The position numbers and the translations under genes are program-made. A stretch of DNA of 64,000 bases from Catajapyx aquilonaris (lineage: Eukaryota). Positions 39,601 through 52,900 of the stretch are shown in pieces. Location: positions 1-64,000 of the forward strand of contig KZ538272.1 in assembly GCA_000934665.2 (NCBI GenBank), written 5' to 3'. The notes below the pieces were generated by a model. The model searched no databases, was not told the DNA's origin, and saw nothing but the letters and a program-made list of their open reading frames with translations. How positions within the stretch are numbered: position 1 is the first letter of the stretch; every line of letters begins with the position of its first letter.

Positions 39601-42600
39601 TTCTGGTCCCCTCCCCGGAATGGAACTATCCTCACGTCCCTCAAACTCCGGGAATAGTCCGGAATGGCAAACATATCGGAGGCGTCGGAAGCATTTGCGA
39701 ACACAATAAAAAGAGGGCAGCGGGGGAGGGGACGTAAAGCCGGCGTTTCATTCCGATGGAAGCGCAAAAACCGGCCGCGGGCTTAGACCTGTGCCAAACT
39801 GATAAGAAGGCGCAGTTCCGCGTTTTAGGGGTTATAACAAGTTTAGAATCTCTATACACTATTCAGGACCTACTCCATGCATGAAAGGCGACGCCGACAC
39901 TCGCTTTTTTTTGGATGGGCCAAAAAAAAAAAATTTTGGAGAGTTTTTAATTTAGAGCCGTGTTCGTCAGATGAGATGAGAGAGAAAAAAAGGGCCAGTT
40001 CCATATGAAGGGTATTAATATGTCAAGGTCTATTCATTTGCGGTTCGATGTGCGTGTCGGTGCGTCGTATTTCGCAAGGTTATTACAGCCTGGGCTTTAT
40101 ACATTGTTGGAAGGCAGTAGATGGAAATTTGGATGGGGGTTATAAATTTGTAGTTTGCAGACCAGAAATGTGCAGAGTATGTAGTTTGAATTGTTAAAAA
40201 TAGTTGAATGATTATTCATCAATGCACTGACTGTAGACATGAATTGCAGGAGTTACATTGTGCGCTGCTTTTCTTAATCAGGTTACGCATGTGCGTCATT
40301 TTATTGTGAGTAAAAATATGCAGAGCATGGTTTATGGAATGACATCAGGCGGATGTCACCTTCAGGGCATGTATGTGCAGGTTGAAAAATTGCATATCAA
40401 AACGTTGTTATTTTTTTAACAACTCGAAACACGTTGATGTCATGAAACTGTTTACATGATTCTAGTAATATCAAAGAGAATTGCAAATCCTAAGCATCCT
40501 ATAGGGCTATGAATAAAACTATTACCATTCTTACAGGGTGGACAGTTAGGAAATGTTGACACACTTTTAAGTAGATTATTTTATTCGTGATTCTTACATG
40601 TAGCCATTGAATTGATTTTGACATACAGAACAATAACCTGAGTTTAAGAACGGTCAGTGACATGTTAATTTAACATTGCTTCAATATAAGCCTCGACACT
40701 TAATGACAGTCAGGCTAGTTGTCTGCTGGGACAGTTTTCTAGTAATAATAATTTTAAAAATTGTGTTTGAAAACTCAATCCTATTAGGCATAACAAAGAT
40801 AAACACAACCTTTTCTCTGCTAGTCGTCAACTGCCTTTAAAATCACTGACCTCTCTGCAAACGCTTCCTTTTTAGTTAATCATCTCTAGCACTCGGCATA
40901 ACTGACGCAACTTGCAGCTTAAACCAACCTCGTGAAGTGAGCACTAAAAGCAAAGTCTCCAGAACAATTTACTGAATTAAACCTCCACTTTACCCGCCCC
41001 CTTCCACACGAATCCTGCTCGATTTGCTTTTACTTCTTGCAGCAGGAAGTGTAAGCAAACGTTAGTAGCCCCTCCCAAAACTTTTGGGTTTGAAAATCTT
41101 GCGTTAAACAGAGGTTCGTCCTCTCTCCCCCATCGCAGAGTGCGAATTAATTCGGTGCACAGGACACAATGTTGGTCTTGATGGAAATTTCGTCCCCCAT
41201 CCCCCCCTCCAAACACTTTCCTACTGGAAATCTTACCCGGGCTTATGTCTGTCTTAGGATTAGAACGACGCCGTGGTGTGTTGATCATCCTGAGGGTTTT
41301 GTCCCTCGAGATCCTTCTGAGGCTTTGCCCGCATTTATCTTGCGGGCATCTAGATAAGTTGTGCAACTATAACCTGGACTTTGCCCGGGGTTTTTGGTGC
41401 CAGGCAAAGCACTCTCTCTATATAGAAACTTTCTGCGACCTAACGCGAGGAGGAAATAGAATCCCATTATGTTAGGATCCATCGAGAACATAATGCAATG
41501 CCCTCTGGCAAACTGCTCCGGTACAGATAACGGAGGACCGAGGCCTCCTGCTTTTCCTTTGCAATCTATTCCAGGGGAAAATCCCGGAAGGGAGGATTCG
41601 GAAATATTATCATATAAGCTCCAAAGTCAACATAACTCACTCGCAACCTTACCAATTAAGTGGCTTTTAATGAAGAAGAGGAAATTTATTCTTCCTTATA
41701 CCTCCAGGAAAAAAAGGACCGATTTCCCTTTCTAGAGAGAAACTAGTTGCTTTTTCTCTCTCTCTCCAAGTTGGGTTGGGAAAGAAAAAATTTCTGGCCC
41801 AGTTTCATTCGGACAGTGATGTATCATTGTAATATAAGAAAGTCCTGGGTTGGAGATAAGGAAAATGCTCTGAAATGCACAAATGGCGTCAAAGCCTATT
41901 TTAAGCCCCAGTCGACATTCAGGGGCCCAACTTTGGGCCCCCCCGTTTAAAATTAATGTCTCATCTGTCTAAACCCGCTAATTTCCCACTGTTTCTTTCG
42001 TGTTCATTAGGCACTCAGAGCTAGTTTGCACCCATCGCCGATACACCCCTCTTCTAATAAACTGCAGGAGCCTTTATTGCTTTTTGGTTACTCAGCGGTG
42101 TGCATAACAAGAGAACTCAATCTTGCTGGTTAATAAGAAAACTGAGAGCAATAAAAATTAAATTAGAAGTTGAAAACGCTCGTAAAGTTTCCTCTCCTTG
42201 CCTGAAGGCGCAGATACGACCAGACACAAAGGGCCTGTAATTTTTTTCCCCCTCCCTTCTTTCCTTGAGATGGCCTCCTCTGTTCAAACGTTATAAAAGT
42301 GTACCCTGTATGACATAGGAATTGATAAAGGAGAAGCCGACTTCTTGCTGGCAATAATTCAAGTCTCAGATCATTGAGGACGTGCAGCAGCTGTAGCATT
42401 TGGAAGCATATGGCTCAGACCTTTATCATACATTGTGTTGGAACTCGAATCAGAGAAAACCCTTGGAGTTCAAATAATAATATCGGGTGTTTGTGGAATC
42501 ACCGCAGTTCTTATTCCAAGTAAGGCGACAAAATAATATAACGAGTACACTGCATTTTGCGTCTATCAGTAAAAGCAATGACTTATGCACGTTGTATAAA

Positions 42601-42880
42601 TGTCACGTAATCAGGTTAAAGCATCGATCCGCCAATTATTATATATGTAGCAAGCTCGATTTTCCAACCATACCCTGCGGCTAATATTCAATAATTAATA
42701 AATTAATCAGCGACGACATGAAATAATGTATCGCTGATTTTATTCGCATCTAGATTAATTTAATTGCTCCATTCCACTCCATTCATAAGCATTATTTACT
42801 GTGCTATTGTTGTGAAACTTGTGGATTACTGACCTTTACTTTCTGTTAATTACACTAAATATTGTCGACATCCAGACTAC

Positions 42881-43090
42881 TACCCACAGCCTAAATTCTT
42901 CTTTTTAAAAAAGGCATCGGCAGCTAAGCAATACGTAGTCAAAATAGGATTTCTTATGGACCGCACTGTACCCACCATTCCCTAAGCGATCTGATTGGTG
43001 GAGCAGCCTCCGCTCCACCAATCAGATAGCTTAGGGTGTCTGGAGGTGCAAAGGTCGGCGCCTCCTTTTTGAGAAGTTATGCTGTGGGTA
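42881..43090. mobile_element. Short MITE-like element with TA flanks and central hairpin
   Basis: Termini TA-CCCACAGC... and ...GCTGTGGG-TA with degenerate inverted similarity over ~35 bp. An internal 25-bp stem (42980-43004 with 43012-43036) has one mismatch. TA duplication would fit a Tc1/mariner-type non-autonomous element (inference). Confidence 0.7.
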
Positions 43091-45580
43091 CTGCACTTGG
43101 CTTATAAACCATGGTGTGTCTGGAGGTAATGATAAAGACCGCAGCCTTTAGAGATTTCGTTTAGAGGTTTCTCCTTATTGGCCATGCTGGCAAAGAGTCC
43201 TCAGTGATTGGCTGCCGGCAGACCCGACACCGGAGGGTTCATCAGTTAACCCCCAGCCAAGTTATCAGGGTTTCACGGGGAGAATAACAACCAGCAGCTC
43301 ATTTAATTATAGGAAGGCAGGTAGCAAGGCTCGCCTCCAGCAAATGCCTTTTCTGAAGGGGGGAGTTAGTTGGGTGGGTGGTGTGTATAGAGGAGATGGG
43401 GTGAGTCCAATGGGCTCAGGCTCTTCTTGCCGCTCCGTTGACCCCTTTCGACTCAAGTCGCTGGAAGAATATAATTACTGCAGGCTACAATGTGAGAGCG
43501 CCACGTCTATATAGCCCTTCCTGTGAAAGGAAAAAAAGAGGAATCTATCGATGGGAAAGCTCGAGAGTTTTTGAGGCAAAAAAGAGAAAGAAAATGTAAT
43601 TGGGACAGCGCCTAGCTTTTATACTTCCGGACAATGCGGGTACAGTCCTAACAAAATCGTCTGGGAGCTGACCAAATGTTATTTACTGAGCACCGAGCAA
43701 ACCTGACCTGAAAAAAACCGAGCTTAGAACAAGCAACAATCTGTGTACAAGCCGCTAGATATTTTCTTACTCTGTGTTACACTGGGGCGTGGCTCACTAT
43801 TTGCGTTAATAAAGGCCTGCGGTCATATTTAGAATTAATGCGCGGTACGTGTACAATGAGTAACATTTCAATATTGCATATTCAACAACCAACCGGTATA
43901 GAAATTCAGTCCCGGATAAACTGATTAGCGACCGATGCAACAATGGCTGGCTGTTCCTTCTTCCTCGGCATGACCTGCTCACTTTCGGACCTATCTGGCA
44001 AAAATAATATATGATAAAATTCGTGTTATATCTCGCATTTTTTGCAACCGTACAGTATGTTCCGGACATTGCGTCGGGTGATCTGGAGGTTCGATCATTG
44101 CTGCAATTAACCGTCTATCAAAATGTACAACACTTGTATCCGATTATGGGTGACGCAGGGCTCCACGCGTCGCCTAAGCCTTCTAAATCACGTTATATGG
44201 CTATTCGGATGGAATAGTATCGCAGCCCCGCAGCATTTTATGCTCGCACCTTTATAAAGATTTACACCGCTGGTAATGGGCTAATTATTGCCGTTATTCA
44301 CAAATTGCCCATTACACTGTGGATATGCGCCAGGCTGAAAAACGGATGGCCCCCCCTCTCCTAATATAAGATCTAGTTTGTCGGAACCCAAAAAAATAAA
44401 GAGTCGCGAATTTTATTTTAACAGGGTGATGGATGTTCCCCTCTTTTTATTATGGCTCTTGCATGTATTACCATCTGCAAATATGCAAAGTGAGCATAAG
44501 GAGAACACGGGCTGCTGTGCTTAATTCAATAAGATGGGTTGGTGGAGAAGGGTGGAGATGAGGACCTCTGAACAATTTATGGGGTCGTCTTCACGTTTTG
44601 CAATTCGGGACTGTCTCGCTCTAAGTACTTTCGGTAAACGGATGCAGTAGTTTTGCCTCGTTTTTTTTAAGATTCTAGCACGTATCTAAAAATGGCCGTT
44701 TCGAGAAGTCATAAGGGCGTGAGACAAAGGCCATAAAAATTTTTCCGTTGAATAAAATTAAGTTGGATCCAGTTTTAACAATTCCCACTGGAACAGTTTT
44801 GTAAGTAATAAAAGTTACTGTTCCTGTCGTAGGGTGGGCAACATTATGATTTTAATTAGCAATAACTGCTACTGATGCTATCCATTGACAAAGTCGCTGT
44901 TAATTTTATGAGTTATTTATATTATGATAATAATTTTATTGTTGCTGTGTCGTACCACATGTGAATCTTGAACGAGCAAAATTTGGACAAAATTGTCGAT
45001 TTATAACGAGTTGCATTATATTCGTGGTGGGGCCACACTGTAGATGTCACCTGATAGTGACTTGAACAATAATATGACGATTACACTGGCTCCGAAACAA
45101 TAGCACTGCAAGCAAGAATTGTGTATCAATGTATACACTGCAATTCAACGCTGAATTTATGGATGAATAACGCTGCGCTTGCGTATCGGATTTCCATAAA
45201 CACATTAATGTTACATTCCCCAACAATTACATCACCAGCGGAATAATTGAAGAGAAGCTTGTGTTAATTACAGGCCATCAAATAATGCCGCTATTAATGT
45301 ACATGTACACTGAATTGTTGGTGTGGAACACCTGCGGGTGGCAACGAGATATTCCCTTTTCCTCTTCAAATGGCTGTGGCGAGGTAAACAAGCCCGCAAA
45401 AAAGGGGGCCTGGGTTGAGAGAGATCCAGCCAGTATCGCATGAGTTTATGAAATGAAGCATTTTGCCAATTGTAATGGTCCGCTGTGCTGCCACACGTTG
45501 TTTTAAAAAAAATGCAGTTACCCCTCAAGTGCTTGCCTTTTATGAACGGTCGTTATTGTGTCACCCTCTTATCACATGCC

Positions 45581-45683
45581 GGGTTACATTAAAACCACGT
45601 AAAATACTGTGGCCTGTACAGTTGTTACAAGTCGACAACGACACTGGTCTACAGTACATTAAACTTGTGGTGCTCTAAAACCC
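45581..45683. repeat. Degenerate inverted repeat (old fold-back remnant)
   Basis: GGGTT...ACCAC...TACTGTGGCCTGTACAGTTGT pairs imperfectly with ACAACGACACTGGTCTACAGTA...GTGGT...AACCC. Confidence 0.45.
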
Positions 45684-46740
45684 TGTATTGCTTTGAAGCC
45701 CATGGTTCTAAAAGTGAATGCAGGAGCGAAATAAAACCTCTCTGCCGTACATCATTTCGAGCAAAAATATTTTCACGTTGATTTTTTTAAAAAATTTCAT
45801 ACTAAGTCATGAGATGGGCATGTGTCATTCTGTCTCGTCATACAGTCACATGTTGTTTTAATTTCCATCCGATAAATGTCACTGTAGGTTAAAAAACTGA
45901 CCACAACACATTTTTAATCTCAATAATTTTAACCCCCCGATGTTTGCAGCTTTGTTTTTGCTCCAAGCGCACTTCTACAGTATCTGTGGCACACTTTTTC
46001 GTAACTGAATTTGAATTACGTGTTTAACACATTTTCTGGAAATACAGTTTTGATGTCATTATAGACATCACTCAATAATGGAACTATACCCGCTGATGTC
46101 AATTCCTCTTCATCTCATGGGAAAAAATAATATTGCATTTTGAAGAGACATTGTAAAGCGACTGTCAAAATCGGCAATAATGTATATTCTCGCTTTGATT
46201 GACATTATAATTCATGTTAATAACACGGGAGAGTTCGTATATTGCAAAGCGTGAGTCATTGATGGTAATAAAGCTGCTATAATACCCGCGTTTGAACAGT
46301 TGTTGTTATGCTATAACTTCTCAAATCTGACAGCCGAAGCAGAATGTTCGTACAATCCACGCAGCTGCTTGCGTCAAACTTTTTTAATTAAAAAAATAAC
46401 ATTACAAAATTAATATTAAAATGTTGATTCTGTGCACAATAATGTTATCCACGACTTGACTTCGTTTGGCACATTAATATGATATTTTCCAATAACATCC
46501 GGATATGTGCTTATGAGTTCATTAATCGAATCGAGAATATAATTAATGTATTAATAACTTCATTACCCAGGCATTCGTTATTAAAATGAAATTAAATGAA
46601 TATTCTATAGCACCCTGTGCATTTAATCAGATCTGATGTTGATTAGTGAACTCGCAGTTTAAACAAATCTTTAGTTGTATACTGTACGTCACTGACCAAA
46701 ATAATTTTCCTTCAAATTTTTTTCCTTTATATTTTTCCAG

Positions 46741-46912
46741 GAGGCGCCCTGTTTCAAGGCCCGGTTTTTATTCTGGAACCGCCTCCAGTCATCGAGTTTT
46801 CCAATTCCACGGGGCTTACCGTCAGCTGCTCTGCCCATGGACACCCTCTTCCAGAAGTGCGCTGGATCACAGGACCAGACGGAGAAGAGGTCAAGACACT
46901 CCCAGGGATCAG
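46741..46912 (+). CDS. Dscam: Dscam-family gene, exon encoding N-terminal half of Ig1
   Basis: Polypyrimidine tract then tttttccag| acceptor; donor ATCAG|gtcagc. Phase-1 reading gives (G)GALFQGPVFILEPPPVIEFSNSTGLTVSCSAHGHPLPEVRWITGPDGEEVKTLPGI(R). This matches the Dscam Ig1 signature as I recall it (GPVF..EP...I.FSNSTG....C.A.G.P.PE..W....G....PG.R). The ORF track shows this region in a different frame. Confidence 0.95.
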
Positions 46913-49900
46913 GTCAGCACAATTTTCTTTAACTCTCAGTTAAAAGAAAGGTTGGCCAAACCGGACATTTAAAAGTTAAATGTAACCATGGAATATTGAG
47001 GACCACCAGTCAATAGAAATGTATAGAAATAGAGTGAAATCTATCTCTTGCTGTTGGGAGTTTTTGGGAGATAAACAGAGAATACATCAAGCGCGGAAGG
47101 ACTCATTGTGACCAGGATAATTGCGGAATTCGGCATAAAGTGCGGATCGTCCTTCAAGCGCTTCAAATACTCCGGACTCTTTTCACGGGAGCCGTAAATA
47201 GTTTCCGGGAGAAAAGAGAAGAGAGAGAGAGAGAGAATGATTAAGATCTCGTCTGGAAATTGCTGCGCTTTAGATCGGAAGTAATCCGGGAGCAAGGGGA
47301 GCTCATTATTCGGGTCTTCAAATGCCATCCCGGAAACTTTCAAACTGCCGTATAAAACAGGACTCTTACTCAAGCATCAGTCACAAAAAAACTGGTTAAA
47401 AACACACTATTTTAATGACCATTTTTTTTCAAAACCCTAGCAAAGTTCGAAAGCTCTCGGTTTAAAGTTTAATCAGCATAAAACCGGGTTAGAAAATTCG
47501 AGTGTATTATTGGATCGACAAGGACAGTAAAACCGACGCATCTCGAGACATTTGATATATTATATATTTTTTTCGGGGCAGTTACATGGGGGGTATTCAA
47601 TTCCAAGGGTGTTTCATGCTGAATGAGGACTATAAAGGATCAGTCACGTGACACCGGGGTTAGTTGATAGTACCTGCTGCTTGGCCAAACTATGCCCGGA
47701 TAGATGAAAATCGGTCGTATAAAAGGGGGATGGAAGCTCCCGGAGGCTGGAGATTAATTGATCTGCGTGCGCCGGGGAAAGATGCGGATCTGTCGGGCCA
47801 TTAACGACCTGCGCCATTAGATAGTAAAAGGGAGCGAGAGACAATAGGGGTGTCTATGGCCGGAACCCCAATAGGAAATTTGGGGGCGATCTTTGTGGGC
47901 AAGTGTGACAGCCTCGTTGGTTTGATTGCTCTCAGAGGAAGGAAGGAAAGTGCTGGCCATCCTGACGAAGCTGGAATATTGAGGCGAATAATTAACTTGC
48001 AAGATATTTAGAAGAAGATCCTTTATCGATAAATAAAAGTTGAGCGCATGTTAATTGCATGGAAATGTCGCCCAGGGGATGTAACATCAATCGACATCGC
48101 CTTGACGTTGGTTTGGTATACATTTTGCTGAATGACTCCTAGCTGTCAATGTCGGATCATATATGACGGGCCATCAATTCGAGCGATCTTAATTCCTTAA
48201 AAAACAAAATGGCAGTTATTTCCCAAAATCGTGACAGCTCAGCATACTAGCGCATTAATGCATGACAATCAAACGCTAATTTCACGCTACTTTGAACCAT
48301 CCGATTGACAATTTTTATTAAACATATAAAAAAACGTGTTCGTATATTCTCTATGTGATTGGTTCATTAATTAGTTCCATTAGTATCTGCGGCACGGTCC
48401 CCCATCTTTTGATAGTTGTCAGTTGTGACTAATGGACCTGCACACTTAATTAGCATGGTCAAATCAGCACATTACTCAAAACCGCCGAAAAGCGTGAAAC
48501 AAACCCGCCTTTTGTATACAAATTGCAACTCATGCTTTGCAAATAGCTGTTTTGTAGGTCAAGCTTACCAGTCCCCCCTCCGTTGACAGTTGAGATAGTC
48601 TCCGAATTGCTCCGGAGAACAAATGCACGGAGCAAATTAGTCCGAACATGGCCCCAAGTTCCGCCCAGAGGCTACTTTTCATTACCACTATTAATCATCA
48701 AGCAAGGGGATGGGCTTAATGTTTGAACAAGTGTAGAGAGAGCGATGCTCTTTGGATTAAGCCGTGCTTTGCGGGGATTCCCCCGCAAGCTTTCCACCGG
48801 AGCAATCCGGAGGTTAGTGCGTAAGGAAATGCAAGGAAAGTAACCCCCCCCCCCCTCTCCCTCCAGACCGCTAATTGCACCAGGAGCAAACAAACCTCCG
48901 TCTCCCATAATGCCCCCTGTGCCTACGCCCTTTTCCCGAATCCTGGAGTATATACCCAACCAGAGAGGAAGGGGGTTCGTGTCTCTCAGCTCACGCAATG
49001 CAAACAGCACCGGATCCCCATTATGGAGTTCCCTCGCGAATAAATGCGGGCTATTAAGAGGGAAGAGGAAAATGAGAAAAAAAAGAGATCTGCTTGGAAA
49101 ATGGCGAGAGCAAACAGTGGACCATCTGAGAGGACTTTTCACCTGACGGGGAATATTATTCGGGTGGTCTTGTACAACTCGGTTCAAATCCTTTCAAGAG
49201 TGGAGGGGATGAAGGTGCAAACAGTTTAAAGAGAGATGATGCAAAGTAACCTTTGGAGACACCCTGTATATGACCATCAGTAGAAGGATATGGTGGATAT
49301 GAGGGGGGGGGGGGAAAGCTGTACGTCGTGCCTGTGCCTATTATTTATCCGGGCCAGTGCACTATGCTAATGAAGTTATAATGGTAGAAAAGCTGGGCGA
49401 AAAATGTGGCCCGTAATGAAACACGTCACGGGCAGCAGGTTCGCTCCTGGTTGGCCGTTTACAAAGTTACGGTCTTTTCTCACGTGTTGTTGTTGGCGCG
49501 GGTTTGATTTTTTTTATTTTTTTTATTTTCGGAAATGGTGTGTGGATGGATTGTTGCTGTTGACCAACAATATGGAGCAGTTGGTGTGTAAATATTAGCG
49601 GCCGTTTTGAACAGCCAGGGTAGGAAGAGTTGAAATGCAATTTGTGAACTGTAAATTGTATTGTGCATGTAGTGGATTATTATTAGGGCAATTAAGCAGC
49701 TCTTGATCGTGCCAAAGGGTAAAGGTGAAAAACCATGGTTCAATTTTTATTATATACGGTATAGCAAATAATGAGCTTGAACAACTACTTGTAAACGAAA
49801 ATACTAAATTCAAGTGATCACTCATTTTTTGTGCTGTTGCCTATGGAAAAAAAACTACAGAAACCCCATAAAAATTAAGTCTCTGATTTTGGACTATAAA

Positions 49901-52900
49901 AGTAATTTTAATTTAATGGCATTAATTTTATGATTAAATCAGGCATTTTTTTCTTCTTCATATTGAGTATGTGCACACTGAGCCGTAGACATGCTTCCCC
50001 TATTCCTGCCCCATCCCCAAAGAGTGACCGCAAACAACCTTATAGCTAGCAATAACGTCGCCAACTCTAGCCACCTTATACCCCCCTGAAGCTATCCCTT
50101 TAATCCTGGAACATAAAGTTAGGTCACACAGAGTACCTTGCTGGGCAATATCTCGCCCTGCCAGAGTAATCCGCACAGCTTTACGACTTGGAGACTTTTT
50201 TTCTCTCTTGAAAGGCAAAGGGGTAGAGAGGGTGGTCCAACCGGCCATTTATCGAATAGTCGTCGAAAAGCTGACCTTTTGTAAAGCATGATGACCTCTC
50301 GGCCCTTCTATTTTTTTTGTCTTCCTTCTTCGCCGTCTGGGAGGATGTACTACTAGCAGCTAATGAGGATTGGGGAAGTGCACTCATTTGAGGCGATCGA
50401 AAGGAGAAAATTGGTTGCTACCACTCCTGAAGAAGGAAAAGGGAGAGAGAAAGGGTAAAAAATAGAAGAGACTTCGGACTTCCATCTCCGGACTGTGTCC
50501 ACAAATCTTCTCAGAAGCTTCATCTGCTAGGAGGATTTCGCAGGTGTATATGGCTTTTTTTTCATTTACCAGCTTAGAGCTCCCGGGATAGTACATACAG
50601 ACACCTTTTTCCATCCTCAAAATGTGACACTTCCATTATGTGCGGTAGGAGCGTCTCAATTTTTGCAATATTTTTCATCGGCGAGTTGGTTGGAAAAGCC
50701 CCCCCGTATACAAGGATGTAAAAAAAATGAATTGAAATATCTTGCCAAAGATGTCGTCTTCGGTGGCTTTTTTCCTCCTGAGAAATAACTTCCAGTGGTG
50801 TTTTCTCGAGCGTGGTTCTAGGGATGTGATCGAATTTGTCCCAAACGCGAGATGAGACCGGGAGAAAAGCAGACTTAGAACGCAGCGCTGGCTTAAAGAA
50901 GAAGATGCGACTTTTCTCTTGCTCATCGCACCCAAGCCATTCCACTGGTTGAAATTAGATTGAGCCTCAGCCCCACGATTCATCCCAGTTGCCTTCAAGC
51001 CCTTGCTTCCAATGCATCGGTCCAGAATACAATTTTTTTGTGTGTGTGTATGTGCGACTGAATATATCCACCCCCATCTCACACAAAACTCCTACTTGAA
51101 AATCCCACTATCGTCTCCATCTCTGGAGCATAAAAATATGAACGGCGGCACAAATATCCAGCCATGAATAAATTCAGCAGACGCTTGCGAAGAAACAGCT
51201 CCTGGGCTCGGGCACGATTGGGGGTGGACCATAAATTTCCAAATATTCACACCCTAAGTGCAATCTAGGCCTGTGCAACAAACCTGTCGTTGTCGTGCCT
51301 TGCACCCATCCTTGGTCTATCCTCTTGTCTAGTCAGATCATGGAAAGGACCTGGGCTCATAAATTCACCCTTAAATAGTTTTCTCCTATGGGCCGACTTG
51401 TTTTGAGAACAGCGGCTGGAGTCGAGTTTTGGGCGCCAATTAGCGGGTAGCTGCCCGCAGTTGTAATTAGAGAAGCAAGTGGGTAGCCATGGCTTTCGTT
51501 TACAGCCTAGCGGCCATGGTCGCCAAGTTCGAACTCGTTAAGCTGACCCCGCAGGCCTCACGCAAAACCCTTCCTAACGATTCCTCACTAGGAATAGAGA
51601 CAAGAGAGAGAGAGATGGAGAAGCCTCAGGTAGTATAGAACCTGCACACAAAGTAGAGCTGTCATTGTGAATCTGAAGCAATGCAGCCGACGTGCTACAC
51701 AGTGTGGCGACTCTTGCCTTTGTGAAGAGTCGCTTCCTCTGCGCCATCTGCAGGAGGCGTCGGATAGGACTCCATTACTGGTACAGAGTTAATTATTATT
51801 AAGTGCGATCATTTGAAGATCCTTGTTTCTAAAGTGAAAACGTTACATCAAATTCATCCAAATTAAGCAAATAATGTGCACATGCTAAATGTTTACAGAA
51901 TGAGAGGAATATTGTTATTGTTGGAAGCGCGGAACAAAATGTGGCTTCAAAAGATATTTTGTGCTTGTTTACATTGTAGGTTGAACAAACATGGTGCAGG
52001 TGAAGCAAGCGCATTTTTAATATGCATTTAGCTTGGTCGACCTCCCAGTATAGCCAGGAGGCTCTCAGGACATAGATTTTTATATACGCCATTTGACTAC
52101 TTTTTTTGCGAATCCAACATGGCACCCGGAAGCAACTTTAAACTCAATGAGCCAGCTTCCTCCATCAACCGAAAGGAAGCTCATTGGCCAAATATTTCTT
52201 TTTGCATGTGAAATGACACACAGGTTGGAAGCATGCCGGTCGTCACATTTGTGCGGACTCTCCTCCCCTTTTGTTGAGCCTCTCACACTTCCGGGGGCCT
52301 CGCCATCTTGGATTCATTTGCCAGGCAGTTTGGACGCTCCAAAAAGCTTCGGGTCCAAATGGCGTTCCCTTGGTGATGTTCACTTATGGATAGATAGGTG
52401 TGTGGAAGAGCCAGAGAGAAACGAGCTCCGGAGATGGCCAGGATTGAGGTGCGAAATGGAAATGACGGTCATCTTTGGTAACAGTTCCCCCCTCCATGCT
52501 CTATTTTTTCTATCTTTCCCTAGAGCTGCTATCCAAACTCTCTCTTTTTATATCCAGTGTGTGGGTGTTCGCCATAACACTTGCAGGGCCTCAATTAGAC
52601 CGTTGGAGTTGGGGGGGAATGTGGGCATAACGGATGGAATCCGACGCTTCACGGCCAAGTGGGTCGGACAGATTGAAAATTTTCGCTCAGATTGCGAATT
52701 CGGGTTTGCTGAAATTTTTAACTCGGCTATAACAACACGGTGTACTATCCGCTCATGTCGACCATTGAGGCTAATACTGTTTTGACGAAAGGAGTAATCA
52801 CGCGTTCGAGTCTTACCTAACTGGACATTGTCGGAACCGATTACTTTTGTGCTATAGGCAATTAACGCTGTCATTACTTTGCAGCCTGTAATTAATTACA

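Noticed and set aside
19812..43125. 13-nt complementarity TCCAGACACACCA (19812) with TGGTGTGTCTGGA (43113), resembling a docking/selector pair
   Set aside because: Many 13-mer complementary pairs are expected by chance in 64 kb, and there are no alternative exons here for it to select.
51480..51545. B-box-like GTTCGAACTC suggesting a tRNA or SINE head
   Set aside because: No cloverleaf or convincing A-box at the proper spacing.
52093..52785. Longest track ORF (230 aa)
   Set aside because: Starts at TTG, has no recognisable domain, and lies in a Dscam intron without convincing splice sites; treated as chance.
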